From positions 1 through 18,461 of the forward strand of contig CAYVLA010000065.1 of NCBI GenBank assembly GCA_964452145.1: a stretch of DNA of 18,461 nt, written 5' to 3'. Below the pieces are notes generated by a model that was not told the origin of the DNA, did not search any database, and saw only the letters and a list, made by a program, of their open reading frames with translations. Both the position numbers and the translations under genes were made by a program. Below are positions 15,713-18,461 of the stretch, piece by piece. Positions within the stretch are counted from its first letter, which is position 1. Each line of letters starts with the position of its first letter. The stretch is from Candidatus Hadarchaeota archaeon (lineage in GTDB: Archaea > CAYQAE01 > CAYVLA01).

Positions 15713-17764
15713 ATGAAAGACCAGGAAGCTGCATATCCAAGTATGCCAAAGACAGGGAGCTTCACCAACTCGATCGGAATGAGGCTTGTGAGGATCGAGC
15801 CGGGCACATTCATCATGGGTTTTGGCACGAAGCCACTGTCGGACGAGTTGACGGGGCGCCTAGCGCATCGAAGATGCGGTGACTTCGATGAACATCCATC
15901 CCATCCAGTCAGAATAACCAAGCCCTTCTACATGGCTGCCTGTCAAGTGACCAACGGCCAGTACGAGCAGTTCGATCCCCAACATCGGGCGTTGCGCGGC
16001 AAGTCGTTCACTCCATACAGGGAGAAGCGTGTCGCGGAACTAGTTCAGAAGAGGGATCAGACCATCGCGCTGTCAGAATCCGACGACGAGGCCGTCCTGT
16101 TCGTGAGCTGGCACGACGCAAGCCGGTTCTGCGAATGGCTGTCACGAAAAGAGGGGCTTCCGTACAGGCTGCCGACCGAGGCGGAATGGGAATACGCATG
16201 CCGCGCCGGCACCACCGGCCCGTTTCATACAGGCGACCTTCCACCCGAGGGATGTCTGGCCAAGGCGCAGGCACCTTATGCCGAAGAAGTGTTCGGGTTG
16301 TTTGTGGGCATGACCCGACCCAATGCCTGGGGCCTGTATGACATGCACGGCAACGTTGAGGAATGGTGCCGTGACTGGTACGGACCGTACCAAGCGAATG
16401 AGCAGGTCGACCCCATCGGGCCATCAGAGGGTGACTTCAGAGTGACGCGCGGTGGAAGCCACTCAACGGAGGCGTACTTCCTGCGCTCATCGAATCGGAT
16501 GGGGACCCTCCCCGAGGACAGGAACTGGCTGATTGGCTTCCGAGTCGCCATGGGCGGGTTGCCGAACACTCCCCCCTCTCCTGCTCACCCCCCGCAGCTT
16601 TGGCAACTCGGGGTCATGCAGACAGCGCCGGGCAATCTAGTCAGGGGGCCCTATCCGAGCCGTCCCATCTTCGAAGGACCTCGCAAGTACGTCATGATAC
16701 CGGGTGATGCCAAGGGGCCGCTCTTCCCCGACCACAACCACGATCCTGCCCTCGCTAGATGTCCAAATGGAGACCTCTTGGCGATCTGGTACACCTGCGT
16801 GCGTGAACCCGGACGCGAACTGGCGCTTGCGGCCAGCAGGCTTCGGAGAGGCGCCAACGAATGGGACCCCGCCTCGCTTTTCTGGGATGCGCCCGATCGC
16901 AATGACCATGCACCAGCTCTATGGTTCAACGGACGGGATACGCTCTACCACTTCAACGGGCTCTCGGCTGGCCCGGGTTACCGGGCCAGCTTGGCCCTCA
17001 CCATGCGTATATCCAGGGACAATGGCGTCACGTGGTCAAAGGCACGCCTTATCAACGCCGATAGGGGCATCCCCAGCCAGCCGGTGCCCGGCGTCGTCCA
17101 CACCCTCGAAGGCGCCATCATCCTCGTCTCCGATGCATCCCATCCGATACTGGGCCCAGCTTCCCTGCTCTGGATCAGCGAAGACGATGGATTGTCGTGG
17201 CGACCGTCGGAGGGGTTCATATCTGGCATCCATGCCGGACTGGTCCAGCTTGGCGATGGCCGACTCATGGCGCTGGGGCGCGGCGTCCTCCAGGAAAGGA
17301 TGCCGATGAGCATCTCTCCGGACATGGGCAGGACATGGTCCTACTCACCCAGTCCCTTTCCCCCCATCGGGGGCGGACAGAGGCTGGTTCTCATGCGCCT
17401 GAAGGAAGGCCCCATAATGCTATGCTCATTCACCGGTCCACGCGCTGAACCGACCCCCATGCCGATCCGAGATGCCTCCGGGAAAGAGCGACTGGTCACG
17501 GGTCTGTTCGCCGCCGTGTCATTTGACGAAGGCCGCACGTGGCCGCGAATCCGACCGGTGAGCGACGACGGGCCGGGCCGGCTGGTGGAAACGATGGACG
17601 GCATCCCATTCACCATGGGGTTCAGCAGCGCCGAACCTGGCGGATATCTCGCCGCCTGTCAGACCGATGATGGCATCATACATCTCATCAGTAGCCGCCA
17701 GCACTATGCCTTCAACTTCAGGTGGCTGGTCACCCCAGCGGCATCCGAACCTGCAAATGCGTAG
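15713..17764 (+). CDS. Fusion: FGE-sulfatase (SUMF1/EgtB/PvdO-type) domain plus BNR/Asp-box sialidase-like beta-propeller
   Basis: N-terminal domain: IEPGTFIMG, VTNGQY, VSWHDA, RLPTEAEWEYACRAG, PNAWGLYDMHGNVEEW, RVTRGGS, IGFRV. C-terminal domain: four Asp-boxes SRDNGVTW, SEDDGLSW, SPDMGRTW, SFDEGRTW. Confidence 0.9.
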   Translation: MKDQEAAYPSMPKTGSFTNSIGMRLVRIEPGTFIMGFGTKPLSDELTGRLAHRRCGDFDEHPSHPVRITKPFYMAACQVTNGQYEQFDPQHRALRGKSFTPYREKRVAELVQKRDQTIALSESDDEAVLFVSWHDASRFCEWLSRKEGLPYRLPTEAEWEYACRAGTTGPFHTGDLPPEGCLAKAQAPYAEEVFGLFVGMTRPNAWGLYDMHGNVEEWCRDWYGPYQANEQVDPIGPSEGDFRVTRGGSHSTEAYFLRSSNRMGTLPEDRNWLIGFRVAMGGLPNTPPSPAHPPQLWQLGVMQTAPGNLVRGPYPSRPIFEGPRKYVMIPGDAKGPLFPDHNHDPALARCPNGDLLAIWYTCVREPGRELALAASRLRRGANEWDPASLFWDAPDRNDHAPALWFNGRDTLYHFNGLSAGPGYRASLALTMRISRDNGVTWSKARLINADRGIPSQPVPGVVHTLEGAIILVSDASHPILGPASLLWISEDDGLSWRPSEGFISGIHAGLVQLGDGRLMALGRGVLQERMPMSISPDMGRTWSYSPSPFPPIGGGQRLVLMRLKEGPIMLCSFTGPRAEPTPMPIRDASGKERLVTGLFAAVSFDEGRTWPRIRPVSDDGPGRLVETMDGIPFTMGFSSAEPGGYLAACQTDDGIIHLISSRQHYAFNFRWLVTPAASEPANA

Positions 17765-17881
17765 ACCCACCCACCTCCAGGTGCATCTCGAATCCATCTT
17801 GGTCTCTTGACCCACCTAACGTGAGTCTATCCGGGTGTTCGGTTTGGCGACGGACGCGTGAATCTGCCATTGCGACTTGCT

Positions 17882-18461
17882 TCAGGGGCGAGCTATTCCC
17901 TTGTTCAGATAGACCCTGCCGGACTGGGGACCAAGCTCGACAGCGGTCTTTCCACTCTTCGCAGCCACGGTGTTTCCGGAGAAGTAGTCCACGACGCTCC
18001 CGGATTCCACGGATGCGGAGGCCCTCCGGTCCGATGGGTTGACTGCAACGAAGCCGTTCTGGTATCTTCTGTAGAGGAGCTTGTTCTCCTTCCGCATCTC
18101 ATCATCCAATGGCATTCCGAGTTTGAACTTGCAGAAACGCATGCCGGGTGGTCCGCCAACGTCCCATATCAAGTTTGACAGCTTGGCCGTGGCGAAGGAG
18201 TAGAACGCATCCTCCACCGGATCGTCCTTGCCGTAGTAGCTCAGTGCCAGCTGCCGCTTTCCCTGCTTCTCGAATCTCTCAGGGATTTGGGCGAGTTTAA
18301 GCCAGTTAGCGTAGTCGCCCCACCTCACCGTTACATCGTCGTCATGCTCTGCCGAGATGAATCGCCTGGGGACGGTTATGTGGGACTCCACCATGCAGGC
18401 GTGGCAGTTCTCCCAGAAGATCCCGGGCACGGTGCGGAGGTTGCGCGGCATGTACATGACG
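17882..18461 (-). CDS. C-terminal part of a hypothetical protein, probably putative glycoside hydrolase (GHL15-like); 5' end outside the window
   Basis: The frame is open to the window edge. KLGMPL...LLYRRYQNGFVAVNPS...VELGPQSGRVY resembles the C-terminal beta module of GHL15-type TIM-barrel proteins. Confidence 0.55.
   Translation of the reverse strand, partial: VMYMPRNLRTVPGIFWENCHACMVESHITVPRRFISAEHDDDVTVRWGDYANWLKLAQIPERFEKQGKRQLALSYYGKDDPVEDAFYSFATAKLSNLIWDVGGPPGMRFCKFKLGMPLDDEMRKENKLLYRRYQNGFVAVNPSDRRASASVESGSVVDYFSGNTVAAKSGKTAVELGPQSGRVYLNKGIARP

Overview
GC-rich, gene-dense prokaryotic window, most likely archaeal. This is inferred from TATA-like boxes about 22-40 nt before several starts, a GGTGA-type RBS, two GvpD/KaiC-like ATPases and an Isf flavoprotein. 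About 16 protein genes are supported. Left half: a truncated iron-sulfur flavoprotein (missed by the ORF track), MarC, GvpD-like ATPase A, an alpha/beta-hydrolase, an HD hydrolase, an MscS with a duplicated TM module, a membrane-anchored hypothetical protein, a YkgJ Cys-cluster protein and GvpD-like ATPase B. Right half: a loose cluster that looks carbohydrate-related. It holds a GH18-like TIM-barrel protein with a degenerate motif, ThuA, HIT, a second alpha/beta-hydrolase, a histidine phosphatase, an FGE-domain/Asp-box sialidase-fold fusion and a truncated GHL15-like protein. No rRNA, tRNA, CRISPR array or mobile element was recognised. Best leads: (1) a pair of GvpD-type ATPases with no gas-vesicle genes nearby, (2) the non-canonical FGE-sialidase fusion and GH18-like protein, (3) a symmetric divergent control region at 2890-3318. 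All family calls come from motif recognition by eye, not database searches.
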